Both the position numbers and the translations under genes were made by a program. Shown here one piece after another: positions 51,181 to 64,000 of a stretch of 64,000 nt of DNA. Origin of the DNA: Eledone cirrhosa. Lineage: Eukaryota. The stretch covers positions 77,438,001-77,502,000 of the forward strand of contig OZ024746.1 in NCBI GenBank assembly GCA_964016885.1, written 5' to 3'. The notes beneath the pieces are model-generated. The model did no database searches. It was given only the letters and a program-made list of their open reading frames with translations, and was not told where the DNA came from. Position 1 is the first letter of the stretch. Each line of letters begins with the position of its first letter.

Positions 51181-53197
51181 CATATACACATATGTATGCA
51201 TATTTACACAAATATTTTTTTGAATATCTGGAACTTGACTGGTTGTTCAGGAAGTATCTGCCTCCTCCCATCACTCCTGTCCTACCCCTGCCCCTGTATG
51301 TCTCCATCCGACCCTCAGCAATCCACTCAACAGCACCACTTTCACCATCCACCCTATTGAAATCTGTATCTGAGTGGATTCAGCTCCTTGGGCTTTAAGG
51401 TCTCTCTCCGTTCCTGAGAGAAAGTGGAATGTAAGGTATTGTAGTGTTGCAGTGGACAAGCGGTGTTAACCTTTTTGATCCCAAACCACCTGAAACTGCA
51501 ACCCATTTATTTTTAATTGTTTATCATTTTCAACATCATAATTGTTGTTTTAAGTGGACTTTTCCACGCTGTCATGGGTTGGACAGGACTTTTTTGTGGC
51601 AATGTTTTATAACCAGATGTCTTTTTTGACACTAACCCGTTTAGTTGCTTCTTATGACACACATGAATATAGTATATCTACTCTAAATCATGGTTTGTAT
51701 TTATCTAAAAAAATCTTTCATCATCATTTTATATGAGAACCTATAGGTTATGTTCTAAACACTAGCTTAATAATAAGAAAGTTAGATATTTGACTAAATC
51801 CGCCCAAATTCTTGATTATTTTCAAAATCATTTGAAAATTATAAGCAGTGTCTTTCATTAGTGAAATAGTTAAAAAGAGAGTTGGTTTCTTTGTAGTCAG
51901 TTGGTATGGTATAGTATGCTAGTATGGGTACTCAACTAAGTAGGTGGCACTATATGTGAATGTGTGTGTCTTAGTGGTTAAGGTGTTGGACTGAAGACAA
52001 AGGTAGTACACTGTGTTCTTAAGCAAACTGTTTCATTCCATGTTGCTCCAGTCTCTCAGCCGAAAAGAGAAAGTGTAACAGCAACAGCAAACTGGTTACT
52101 TGTGTGATATATTGTTTATGTTGGACATAAAGAAATACCACTACCTGTAGAATTGGTGTCATTACAACAAGGTACTGTGATAAAAATACACATAACTGAG
52201 CTTCCAGAGAATTTCCATTTCACACCATTTTCACTCATATGGTATAGGTCAGACTGAGGTTACGGTAGAGATTCAGTTGGGCCTAAGGTGCATACAACAA
52301 GAGTGAACGCAAAGCAAAGTGGCTGCAAAGTGAACTTCTTGGTCACCTGGCCATGCATGCCTGTACAAAATAAAAATAAAATAAAGATCCCTTCCTTGAC
52401 ACACATAGAAACAAAAGCACAACAACAACATATATCTCCCTCCACACACACAATGGTTTGTTATGTGAGCAATAATATAATTTACATAGCATTTTCCACA
52501 ATTTACTCCATGCAGGCAGAGCCCTAAATCATATTCTTTCTCCTTTTATGCAAATGCCAGAGAATGAACTGCTTAACCCTCTTATGGCTGTCATCTTTAT
52601 TTGTATACATTGTAAAAGAAGAGTTAGTAGGACTGTTGCCCGCTGTGAATGACTTCTCCTGCACTCTGAAATACGGCCATAAAGTAATGTTTATATTCCT
52701 TTGCAGTTGGGTTGTCAATGGTACTTAACAGTTAACAGTGAAGGAGAAGGAAGAGGTGGCTAGGTGTCTGTTAAACTAATAACAGATAGTCTCTTATATA
52801 ATCATTAGAAGAATATAGTTTAGCTTAGCTTCTATAATTGTGAATATAGTCATAATTCTGAGTGCCATCATTGTCCACATCATTGCCATTTAAATGTCTA
52901 TTTTACATGCTTCCATGGATTAGATGTGTTGTCATATTCTGCGACTTGGCCAGTCAGGTGATTACACCTCCTGCTTACACATTCCATCTATGGTTAGATG
53001 CCCTTCCTCATGCTAATCACTTTACAGCATGTTCTGGAAATCATTTTACCGGATGGACTTGCTGCTTTTTGTCTTGGAACTAAAACTACCACCTTACAGA
53101 GTGGACTGGGTGCTTTATGTTGTGGCACCTGCAGGACATTGTCATCTCTGATAATCCTCATTAACATATTTATTACCCTAATATATTTCAGGGCAAT

Positions 53198-53492
53198 AGT
53201 TGCCTTAGTGGCTTGGATATTGGACTCATGATTGTAAGGTTGTGGGTTTGATTCCTTAATGGAGTGGCACATTATGTTCTTGAACAAGACACTTCATGTC
53301 ATTAAAACACCTGAGAAATCTCCTGGGTGATGCAACCTGCATATGTGTGAGCTGTAACAACAGTGTGTGTGTGTGTGATAGTTCTCGGGACCTTGGGATG
53401 TCTTTTTGTAAGTGAGACAACACATCAGAGGAACCTTGTATGCAGAACGACCTCATAGGAGGTACACGGGTGTGAGCTGTAAATTTTATTTC

Positions 53493-53495
<3 letters not shown>
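53198..53495 (+). mobile_element. Old tRNA-headed SINE family E with GAGCTGTAAATTT(CATTT) tail (relatives about 62310-62510 and 62600-62748)
   Basis: Degenerate A/B boxes, CTTGAACAAGACACTT, shared ACACCTGAGAAA and GAGCTGTAAATTT motifs. Confidence 0.55.
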
Positions 53496-53580
<85 letters not shown>

Positions 53581-55306
53581 ACACACACACACACACAGTT
53601 TAGCTTGTATGACCTTTTGCTGGTTTTGGGTTCACTTTGACAAAGCCATTGGTTTGATTCGTGGACCAAGATGTGTTTTGTTCATTTCATGTTGTGTGTG
53701 TGCCTGTATGTGTTGTTCAATATGTGTGTGTCTGCATGCACATGTATGTGTTATATATGTATATAGCGTGGATGGATGTTATTCTACATATAGCTCTGCA
53801 CACACACACACACACATTTCCACATTTACTTATGCACGTGCATTTTTATACACATGTACACTTACACATGCAGATGCAGATTTATACACATGGACATTTA
53901 GAGACGTGCACACTTACATATGCACACATTGTTGTTCATTTGGTGTTGCATGCTGTGTTTTCATTGCACCATTACATCTTGTATATGTTGGCTACAGCTT
54001 TATTTCTTTGTTCTCTTTTGTATTTATTCTGTTCTTTGGAGAGTAACATATAATGACTCTACTACTTAGTGTGTGTGTTTGTGTATGTCTGCGTGTGCAC
54101 TTGCATGTGTGTTTGTCTGTTTGCATGTGTGTGTGTGTTTGTGTGTAAGCATGTGTTTGTGCATGTTTTTGTATGTTCATGTGTGTTCATGTGTGTTCAT
54201 GTGAGTGTGGTGTGTCTATGTGTTCATGTGAGTGTGTGTGTGTTCATCTGTGTATGTGTTCATGTGAGTGTGTGTATGTAAGTGCGTTCATGTAAGTGTG
54301 TGTGTTTGTTCATGTGAGGGTGTGTTCGTGCTGATGTGAGTGTGTGTGTGTAAGTGTGTTCATGTGAGTGTGTATTTAAATAAATGCTTGCACATAGCAA
54401 TTTAGATGTTGTTTCTGCTGGCCAAAAGTGGCTGTCATAAAACGTGCCTTGAAGGCGTCTCTGGGTGCACATACATCATTACACATTATACACATGCACA
54501 CTTACACTGACAGTCAGGCACACAGTCTTAGTAAATTATGTAAACATACACACACACTTTCACGCATTAGTGCTAATACATACACACACTACTCACATAT
54601 ATACAGATGTATCTGTGTGTGTGCTTATTGTGTTATTTGTAATTCTGGGAATAGAACGATAACAATTCTGATATTTTAGGATTTATTTAATGGTTCGAGG
54701 AAAATCTAGACCACGGCTGATTGGCATTTTGGTATTGTCTAATAAACTCTGCGAGGTGTTCAACCAACCGGAAATCATGGTTGTTCTATTTTCCAAAAAC
54801 TCTGTTCATTTTTGTCTGATGAATTTTAACACCTTTTGAGAATGCAATTTTGGGGTTAGAAAACCTGTTTAGTTTAGCATGTAAATTGCTACATCCTTTC
54901 CCATGTTTTATGAATATTATCTGTATGTCTGTACATTATTCCTCTTTCCCCACACACCCCACTAGTTAGTGCTTGGATGGCTGGGTTCTTTTCTGGTCCT
55001 GTTTGGTGGTGTTTTGCACCATTCCATAGCTATACATTTGGCAGTTTATCCAATGGACTACTGCTTTTTCTAGTCACTAGTTACATGCTCAATAACCAAA
55101 TCATCCACTTATATGGTGACTTAGTGGATCGTACACAGGGTGACTTGAGAGGCTGAATGGTTAGTTTACATGATGGTTGGATGGTTAGTATATAGAATGG
55201 TTGAGTGGTTAGTATACATGACAGTTGAGTGCTTAATATATATGGTGTCTGAGTGTTTAGTATATATTGTGGCTGTGTGGTTAGTAAACATGGTAGCTGT
55301 GTGGTT

Positions 55307-55401
<95 letters not shown>

Positions 55402-57908
55402 GTCTTCTGCAGTTACTATCGACCAAATTGCATTGAACAAGGCATTGATCAACCCAATGCTATAGTATAGGTGCCACACAGCAGGACTGAACTCAGAATC
55501 ATGTGGTTGCTTAATACACCTCTTAAGTGCACAGCTATGTCTACACATATTTGGAAGGGCATTCAGCTGTAGAAACCAAGCTAGAAACAGTTCTATATGA
55601 GCAAGACATGGTCATCTGATCTGGATTGTCTCAAAGGGACAACCTGTCTAACCCATGCTAGCGTGGAAAAAATGGATGTTAAATGGTGGTGATAATGATG
55701 ATGTGTATGTATCTCTCTCTCTCTATACACACACACACATGCACACACGTGTTTGTGCATTAAACAATGAACTAACTATCTACCTACACCTGACTACTGT
55801 TTTTTTTATTGTTCTATTCATAAACACACATATGTAAATGACTCTGTAACCTGGATGGATTTTCTTTGAGGATATCTTAAGTGGTGAACACCTACCACAA
55901 AAACTAATGGTCACACTGCCGAATCTCGCTGCAACCATCCTTCCAAGGACACATTAAGTTCTAACATCGTTATCAGCCCAACCACAAACAGGTGGACTAT
56001 GACACACACGCACGCGCAACCATTATTGCTCTAATTAGACTACCAACCCTCAGCAAAAGCCCTAAACTAAGTGCCAACCTGTACCCATGACTCCCTGCCA
56101 AACAAAACCATACTACTCACCCTCCAAATTTGGCAAATCAGATGCCAACCACACATTCTCCTAAACCCAGCTTAAGCAACCAGTCTGCAATACCTGAGTG
56201 TGCGTGTGTGTGCATGTGTGTGCACAGGAGTGGGGTATATGTGAGAGAAGAAGAAAAAAGAACTAGCTTGGTTTATTGTAGGACGAAAAATAATGTCTAT
56301 TTTATAAATAGTAATAGTATACATTGTATTACAGTCCTGTAAGTAGAAGAATTTACTTTGTTGTCCATCATTAGATTATTCTGTGTAATATATTCTTGTT
56401 TTCCATCAGGGTTTTTGTTGATAGAACTTTCCTTTGATTCTTATTAACTGTAGATAAAATGCATCTTCAGACCTGGTCAAATATATTTGTTGACATATGA
56501 TAATTAATGGTATAGGTCATGTTGTATCATTTATCTCCGCTCAAATTACTTTTGTAGCAGTTAACAACATAAATCAACATTAGCTGTGTATTTTTTCTTT
56601 TCCTTCCTTCCTTTGTTTTTCTTCCTTGTTTACCAAGGGTATATCAGCAACACAAAGCTTCTTTATATACTTTGTAAACAATATACTGCACTGACATCTT
56701 TAACTGTCTGCCTACTCCACTTCTCCTCTCCCTCCATTTTGGTCTACTGTTGCTTCTTATCAGCTCATTACACACTCAAGCACATAACATTCATGTGAAC
56801 TACTTCTTTCTAGCTTTCTTTCTTTCTGTCTTGCTTGTTTGCTTTTACTTTCTTCATGTATCTCTCTTTTATTGTGTGTGTCTGTTATGTGTACATGGCC
56901 AAAAATACTCCATTCTTATAGGAAAGTTACACATACAAATGGACAGATATTCAACAATTAGGTGTCTGTCTGTCTGTCTGTCTGTGTGTGTGTGTGTGTG
57001 TGTGTGTAGGTGTCTGTCAGTTTCATTGATGATTATTCCTGTTGTTTTCATGAATGGGACAGCTGGCTGTCATGTAAGTAATTGAGCATTTCAAGAACCC
57101 TGAGTACCCCACACTCTGTAAGGGCACATGGCTTAGTGGTCACGGTGTTTCGCTCATGGCCCTGAGCTTGTAAAGTGCCTTGCTGAAAAACATGTTTTTC
57201 AGCAAGGCACTTTATTTCACATGGCTTCAATTCACTCAGCTCACAACTGTGTTAGGAGCAGGTTGTTCTGTTGGTCGAAACAATTGGAACACTCATTGTC
57301 GAAAGCAACAAAATTTCGACACACGGATGCCACTCACCACTAATCGTTGGTTATAGCCCTGTTGAAGATCTGTACAATATTTTCAGCCATAAATTACATG
57401 GCTTCTAAATATCCCCATGACATGATATATAGCATTAAAGAAAAACCCCTTAAATTTGATATCTCCAACACAAAACCCAAATATTACTGAGAAACTTATA
57501 AAGACTCTGTAACACTTTAGCATTTAAACTAGCCATATCTGGCTAGAATTCTCTCACCTTTTTCTGTTCAAACTGGCCGTAACTGGCCGCTCGTACTGAT
57601 GTTAAGGTATTGTTCTCAAAATAAATAACATCAAAATTTTGTAGATTCGATATTATGTGTGATAATTATGTAAGATAAAACCTTTACCTGAAAAATACAA
57701 TAGTATATATAGATTAATGTAAATGCTAACGAGTTAAGCTTAATATTTCAGGATATGTACACAAATTACTGGAAAGTGTTCTTAAGGACTCTGGCCTCAA
57801 GATCCTCCTCTGAATAAGTGGGCAAAGAAAAAGAATGGGTGGTTTTGTGGAGGGGATGGTTGTATCTGAATTTTATTCTGCTTGACATTTATTATTATTG
57901 GCAGTGTT

Positions 57909-58220
57909 TTGACGTATAGAGTTACGGCCCTTGCCATTCTGAGTTCAAATCCCGCCGAGGTTAACTTTGCCTTTCATCCTTACGGGGTCGATAAAATAAA
58001 GTACCAGTAATGCACTGGGTATTTGCTGGCCTTGTGCCTAACGTAGAAACAATTATTATTGGCAGTGTTGGTAGGGCATCAGGCACCATGCTCTTTACGG
58101 TCTGAGTTCAAATGCCACCGAGGTTAACTTTGCCTTTCATCCTTACGGGGTCGATAAAATAAAGTACCAGTAATGCACTGGGATAATTGCTGGCCTCGTG
58201 CTAAAAGCAGAACCAATTGT
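57909..58220 (+). mobile_element. Two tandem SINE-B copies
   Basis: Core present twice; 18-bp direct repeat at 57891-57908 and 58052-58069. Confidence 0.88.
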
Positions 58221-59135
58221 TACTATTATTTTTTTTTGTTATTCTCTTTTACTTAACTTTTTGTTTTCTTTCTTAATTCAGCTCTCCTTTCCAATGTTTT
58301 TTTTTATTATAAATTTTTTTTTAATCCTCTCTTCATCTCTCTCCTCTTCTGCCTCTTACCTCTACAGTTAGTGTTATATGATGGCTATAGGGTTAAAACA
58401 CACACAAACAAACAAACAAACAACACAGAAATGAAACACAAAAGAAAATAAAAGTCAAGAAAAGTTATATATCTTAGGTATGTTTCGACAGAAGGTTGTT
58501 AGTTTTGTAGTGGTGGATGGTTAAGATTGCTCAGGAGAAATCAACTGTATCTATGTTTTAAAGCTGTAGAGGTGTGGAATGGCATGCTAACACTGTCAAC
58601 ACTGGTTAGAATGCTTAGGGGTGGTATCAGGAAAATTCTTCACAGAGAAGATATTCAATTAGTGAGGATTTCATTCAGTAAACTGTCACAATTTGTTGTG
58701 CTTTGCGAAATTCTGTCTCGTCTCTTGTTTTAGTTTGTTTTGAGGCAAAGTGGGTTGGAGTTAGGGTAGATATACGTATACATGAATAGACATGTGCACC
58801 ACACACACGAACCCACACACACACACACTGTACACAAACTTGTGTACAATCAGGTACATACACACTACACACAAGTTTGTGAACATTGTCACACACACAC
58901 ACACTACACCACACACACACATTTGTACATTTAGATACACACACACACACTCATAGCTGTGTACATTCAGGTACACACAGATGTGTGTGTGTAAGACAAG
59001 ACAAGGAATCTAAAGAGAATAAGCAAATTGTTTTCTTTCTCAGCTGTTACAGTTATTTTAGGGTAACTGTTGGCAACCCTGTGTGTATGTAGCCAGCCAT
59101 GGTGTGTATATGTGGGTATATATGTAGATCAACTT

Positions 59136-59236
<101 letters not shown>

Positions 59237-59522
59237 CCTGCATGTTTTAAAGTACTTGATGCTTTTGTATATGTGTTAAGATGGGTTTGTTGTGTGCCTG
59301 TAACTTGGATGGAGTTGGTGTGTGTATGTGTGTTGAGATGGGTCTGTTGTGAATGTTGTGTGTGTGTTGGTCTCAGTCTAAATAATAAAATATATACTCG
59401 ACTGTTGAGTACTTTTTCTTGTTTGTTAAAACCATCACACATACATACGCACACACACGTATTTTTAAATATCAAGCTAGTGTGTACAATAGTTGTTTTG
59501 TGGGTGTGTGTAGTATTCACAT

Positions 59523-59867
59523 GGAGGCACATGGCTTAGTGGTTAGAGCATTGGCCTTGCAATCGAAAGGTTGTGAGTTCAATTCTCAGACCGGATGATG
59601 TGTTGTTTCCTTGAGCAAGACACTTTATTTCACATTGCTCCAGTTTACTGAGCTGTAGAAATGAGATGATAGGGACTGGGGTCCCTATCATTCCACTGCA
59701 AAGTGGTTGTGTAGGTGCCACGGCAAAAAAGCACCCAGCACTCACTGTAAATGAGGTTGGTGTTAGGAAGGGCATCCAGCTGTAGAAATCAAGCCAGAAT
59801 CAGTTCCCGTCCCACCCTTGCAAGCAGGGGAAAGCGGACGTAAAGTGATGATGATGATGATGATGAT
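59523..59867 (+). mobile_element. SINE-A, full length reference copy
   Basis: A box TGGCTTAGTGG, B box GTTCAATTC, CORE-like region, 11-bp hairpin, tail CCCGTCCCACCCTTGCAAGCAGGGGAAAGCGGACGTAAA then (GAT)n. Confidence 0.95.
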
Positions 59868-60232
59868 ACACATATACGGAAAGAAAATGTTAGTGATGAT
59901 CCAATAGATTGTTTAATTGCTGGAGTCTAATTCATTGCCAGCCCTTGCCCCCCCCCCATATCACCTTCATACCACCACCGTCATCCCACTCACCACCATC
60001 ACCCCCTTGCCACCATCACCACCTTCATCCCACCATCACCACCACTGCCACCCCCCCTCACCACCACCATCCTAGCAACAGCTGTTTCTTTCCACTGGGC
60101 TTGACTAATGGACTGATTTGATTTTCGTCTGCATGGTAACAAAGATGTGCTAATCCAACAACTAATTTTATATGGTAATACTTATGTCATGAAGGGTCAG
60201 ATTCCTCACCGCTACTTTTTGTCATTTCCTCA

Positions 60233-60550
60233 ACACCATGCCCACTGTCACCACCACCGACACCATGCCTACCATCACTACTGCCATTACTACCACCAAC
60301 ACCACGGCCACCATCAACACTGTCACCACCACCGACACCATGCCTACCATCACTACTGCCATTGCTACCACCAACACTACAGCCACCATCAACACTGTCA
60401 CCACCACCGACACCATGCCTACCATCACTACTGCCATTACTACCACCAACACCATGGCCACCATCAACACTGTCACCACCACCGACACCATGGCCACCAT
60501 CAACACTGTCACCACCACTGACACCATGCCTACCATCACCAACGTCACCA
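60233..60550. repeat. 75-bp CCA-rich minisatellite (about 3 copies plus partials)
   Basis: 25-aa periodicity in the ORF track (MPTITTAITTTNTTATINTVTTTDT). Confidence 0.85.
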
Positions 60551-60704
60551 CACTTTCCATCACCACTGCCCTTACCACCAAAACCCCACCACTACCAACA
60601 TTACCAATAATGTCATCTCCACTAAAACCACCACCACCACCACCACCACCACCTTGGTTTTAGAAGCTCAAGCCCGCCCCAAATATTTTGGTGTGGGGGT
60701 TTTG

Positions 60705-61005
60705 TTAAAATACCGTACCAGTCAAGTACTGGGTCCAATTTATTTAACTTTCATCTTCCCCCAAAATAATGGCCTTGCATCTAAATTAGAAACCCTTATT
60801 ATAAAGGGCAGTGGATTATCAGTATCATTAGAACAGGCTTTGCAAAAAATAGTTATAACTCTTTATGTTCTGAGTTCAAATCCCGTTGAGGTCAGCTTTG
60901 CCTTTCATATTTACAGGGTCAATAAAATGAGGTTATTTAATCGATTCTCTCCTCTCCCCAAATTCTTGGCCTTATGTCTACATCAGAAACCATTATTATT
61001 ATTAT
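60705..61005 (+). mobile_element. Two degenerate tandem SINE-B copies
   Basis: GTACCAGT..CTGG..GGCCTTG..TAAATTAGAAACC, then GAGTTCAAATCCC..CTTTGCCTTTCAT. Confidence 0.7.
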
Positions 61006-64000
61006 TGTTGTTATTTTATTTTTTAACCACTTTCGATACCAAACTACCTGAAAGAACTCGTTCTATAATATAAAACTGTTATTTTTCAAAGTGTTTATAT
61101 TTATCTAAAAACCTTCCATGATAATTTCATCTAAGACCAAGTTCCAAACACCAGATCTATAATGAGAACATTAGTTATATTACTAAATCCCTCCAAAATC
61201 TTGAGTATTTTCAAAATTATTTGAAAATGATAGTGTGTTTCATTAGAAATATGGTAACAAAAGAGTTAAAGTGAGAAATTTATTTATATTACTAAATCTT
61301 CTAAACCCATGCTAGCGTGGAAGATAGACGTTAAACGACGATGATGATGATGATGATGAAATCCCTACAAAATTCTGATTGCATTCAAAATTATTTGAAA
61401 ATTATAGACAACGTCGTTCATTAGAAATATGGTAATGAAAAGTATTATTGAAGAGAACACTGTAGATTTTGCATTGCAAAATACTTTGTTTTATTTTGCT
61501 AATGGCAGTTCATTTTATTCCTGTATTACTGGCATGGGGTGGCTGTGTAACCAACCAGCAGGACATATAGACAGCTGACACACACTAGTGATGTGTTTTG
61601 CTCAGTCAATTACTCACCTTTAATTTGTTTAGATTATTACTTGTCAGGAAACCTATAAAAATTTATCCTGCCTTATATGGGTGTGGAAGGGGAGAAGATG
61701 TACCTCCTTCGCTACTACACAAACATGTGCGCACATACGTACATACATACATACAATCACACATTGTCATAGGCACACATATATTCATACATACAGATAT
61801 ATATACATATACATACATATGTAGATCAGGTATATATATGCATACATAACACACACACACACACACACATTTGTAAAATATTAAGTGCATCTTTTATTCT
61901 TTCCATGCTTGCTCAAAGTTTTCCGTTTGCTCACATAAAATTTGATTGGAAACGGTACAAGAACAATATCTAAAAGAGATGGTTTCCTTGAAATGTGTTA
62001 GCGTAGAGCACTGTTTCTAAAGCTGCATTATATAGTTGTATATACAGTTATATATGCACACAGCAGAGGAATTAATTTCGCTAACATACAGCATACCATT
62101 ATGTAAATCAATGAGTAAATACTGAAAAGCAAGCGGTTAAACTGCCTGATTGTACCTATTGAATCTAGCTAGAACCAGCGATTCTATTATCCTCCAGAGA
62201 CCGATCTGCTGAAACCAAGTCTTTTCTTCACTTTCTTCTCTCTCTCTCTTAGATGTTCTTCTCTGTCCTTTGCCTCTTCTGCTATTAAACCAAGTAAATT
62301 ACATTAGTGAAGGCATGTGATGTACTACTTACGGGGTCAAATTCTTGATTGTAAGCTCATCGGTTCAATTCTTGAATCAAATAGTACATTGTATTCTTGA
62401 GCAAGATGTGTCATTTTGTGTTATTTTTACACCTGAGAAACCTCTTATAAGATGGCAGCCATGTAGGAGGCTAGCTCAACCTACATAGATGGGAACTGTA
62501 AATTGAATTTAAAAAAAAAAAAAAAAATTTTTTTTTTTAAATTCCATTTTCAAGTAAATTACACTAGAAAATCCACACACACACACTTGCTTACAGAAGA
62601 GTGGTCTATTGGTCAGGTTGTTAAACTCCTGATAATAATGTGGTCCTGGTAACACGTTTAGTTCTTGAAAAACACTGTATTGTATTTAATCAAACAGCAG
62701 ATCAGCTAAACCTGTGTAGGTGCGAGCTGTAAATTTCATTTCATTTTATCTGGCAGTCATTCCCAACTTATCTTTACTTCTCAAATTTATTACCAGTTAT
62801 TTCGACTATGTCTCAAAATCAGAGAAAATATAAAAAAAAAGAAAAGAAAAAAAAAAAAATTTTTTTTTTTTTCTGAAGTTTAATATATTGACATATTACG
62901 ATACATTAGGCCAGCAATCATATCTTTAGAGAAGAAAATGTTGGGTAAAATTTATTTTTCTTCTGGTGTATTCCTTGTCCCCCTCCATCTTCCACAATAA
63001 TTTATTTGTAATAGACTTGTATGTGTAAGAGACACCCAAGGTCTCTTCTAGGACATAGATGTTTTCGAAGTATGTTTTTTCTTCTTCTTTTCATTATCTA
63101 GAGGGGGTGGTGGTGTATCTTGTTTTCTATTAAGAACTGTTGAAGTACTGCAAGAAGTTTTATGCGTCAATTATTAAAGTTCTAGACACACCATTACGTA
63201 ACTCAAAAAACTGTTTTCAACTTGAGGTTAATCATCGCATTTTTCTGATTCTTATGTAAGACATGTGACTAAATTGTTTTTCATTGTTGAGCTCATGATC
63301 ATAAGGTGATGAGTTCAATTTGTAGATTGGACAAGGCATTGTTGTACTTTTGAGCAAGGCACTTTATTTCATGTTGCTCTAGTATGCTCTGGTAAAAAGA
63401 AAAGAAGGAAAATAAATATTAATAAATCCCTCTAAATTCTTGCATTAAAAATATGTTAATGAAGTGTGAATTTTTTCATTATTTTAAAATTGAATTGAAA
63501 ATTATAGGTAGTGCCTTTCATTGGAAGTATGGTAACAAAAACGTTTATAAGAAAGTAAGTTATATTACTAAATATCTTCAAATTCTTGATTATTTAAAAA
63601 AAAAGGATTTGAAGATAATAGGCAGTTTCTTTCATTAGGAATATGGTAATGAAGGGGTTAATATGATTTCTAATTTAGGCACAAGACCAACAATTTGTGA
63701 AGAGGGCAGGGTCCATTACTTCAATCTTAGTTCATGTTTGCTAATTTAGTATGTCAACCCACGGTGGGTTTTGAACTCATAATGTTAAGGGCCATAATTA
63801 ATAGCTTCTAAGCATTTTGTCTGATAGTCTAACAATTCTACCCAACATCCTCTCTGATGAAAGGGTTAATTATGAGAATGTTAATTATGTTATTAAATGA
63901 CATTCACCATAGTATTGATTTATATGGCAACTAGAACATAGATTTGGTTAGAAATGTTATTAAAGGCCTCCACATTCTTTATTATTTTTTACATGATTTG

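Noticed and set aside
52520-52720. Possible minus-strand exon (..VQEKSFTAGNSPTNSSFTMYTNKDDSHKR) or enhancer with ATGCAAAT and TTTATGGCC motifs
   Set aside because: Acceptor TTTCAG is plausible but the donor is weak, no homology is recognised, and such short motifs occur by chance; needs RNA-seq or conservation data.
55145-55310. Degenerate ~24-bp repeat containing GGTTAG, telomere-like
   Set aside because: No tandem TTAGGG; an old minisatellite.
60238-60663. Mucin-like Thr-rich ORF
   Set aside because: 75-bp CCA-rich minisatellite open in several frames; no signal peptide or splice support.
62505-62545. GAATTT-A(n)-T(n)-AAATTC palindrome, and A/T tracts at 62830-62872, as terminators
   Set aside because: Homopolymer tracts in eukaryotic DNA beside a SINE tail; no functional evidence.

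Overview
AT-rich, repeat-dominated eukaryotic DNA (intron or intergenic) with no host-gene exon, rRNA, functional tRNA or CRISPR array that I can support. The SINE families and microsatellite load look like an octopod (cephalopod) genome; this is inference from memory, not a search. Nearly all ORFs in the track are microsatellite or minisatellite artefacts. Real content: (i) decayed RTE-clade LINEs of at least three lineages, plus tRNA-headed SINEs, one of which shares its 3' tail with a LINE in this window; (ii) DNA-transposon relics (DD37D/maT transposase fragment, TTAA-flanked piggyBac-like MITEs, a probable non-autonomous Helitron); (iii) a 48-bp and a 34-bp minisatellite, the latter carrying 21 invariant CRE palindromes; (iv) a set of type I hammerhead ribozyme (HHR) motifs at 20.7, 34.1, 37.1 and 40.4 kb, fold-back hairpins with HHR-like halves at 21.5 and 32.4 kb, and a Penelope-like GIY-YIG endonuclease relic. 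The best candidate for an undescribed system is a ~450-nt non-coding, structured, HHR-containing unit at 40.1-40.5 kb. A second copy at 23.7-23.9 kb is circularly permuted, as expected for a retrozyme-like (tandem or circular RNA) element mobilised by Penelope-like elements.
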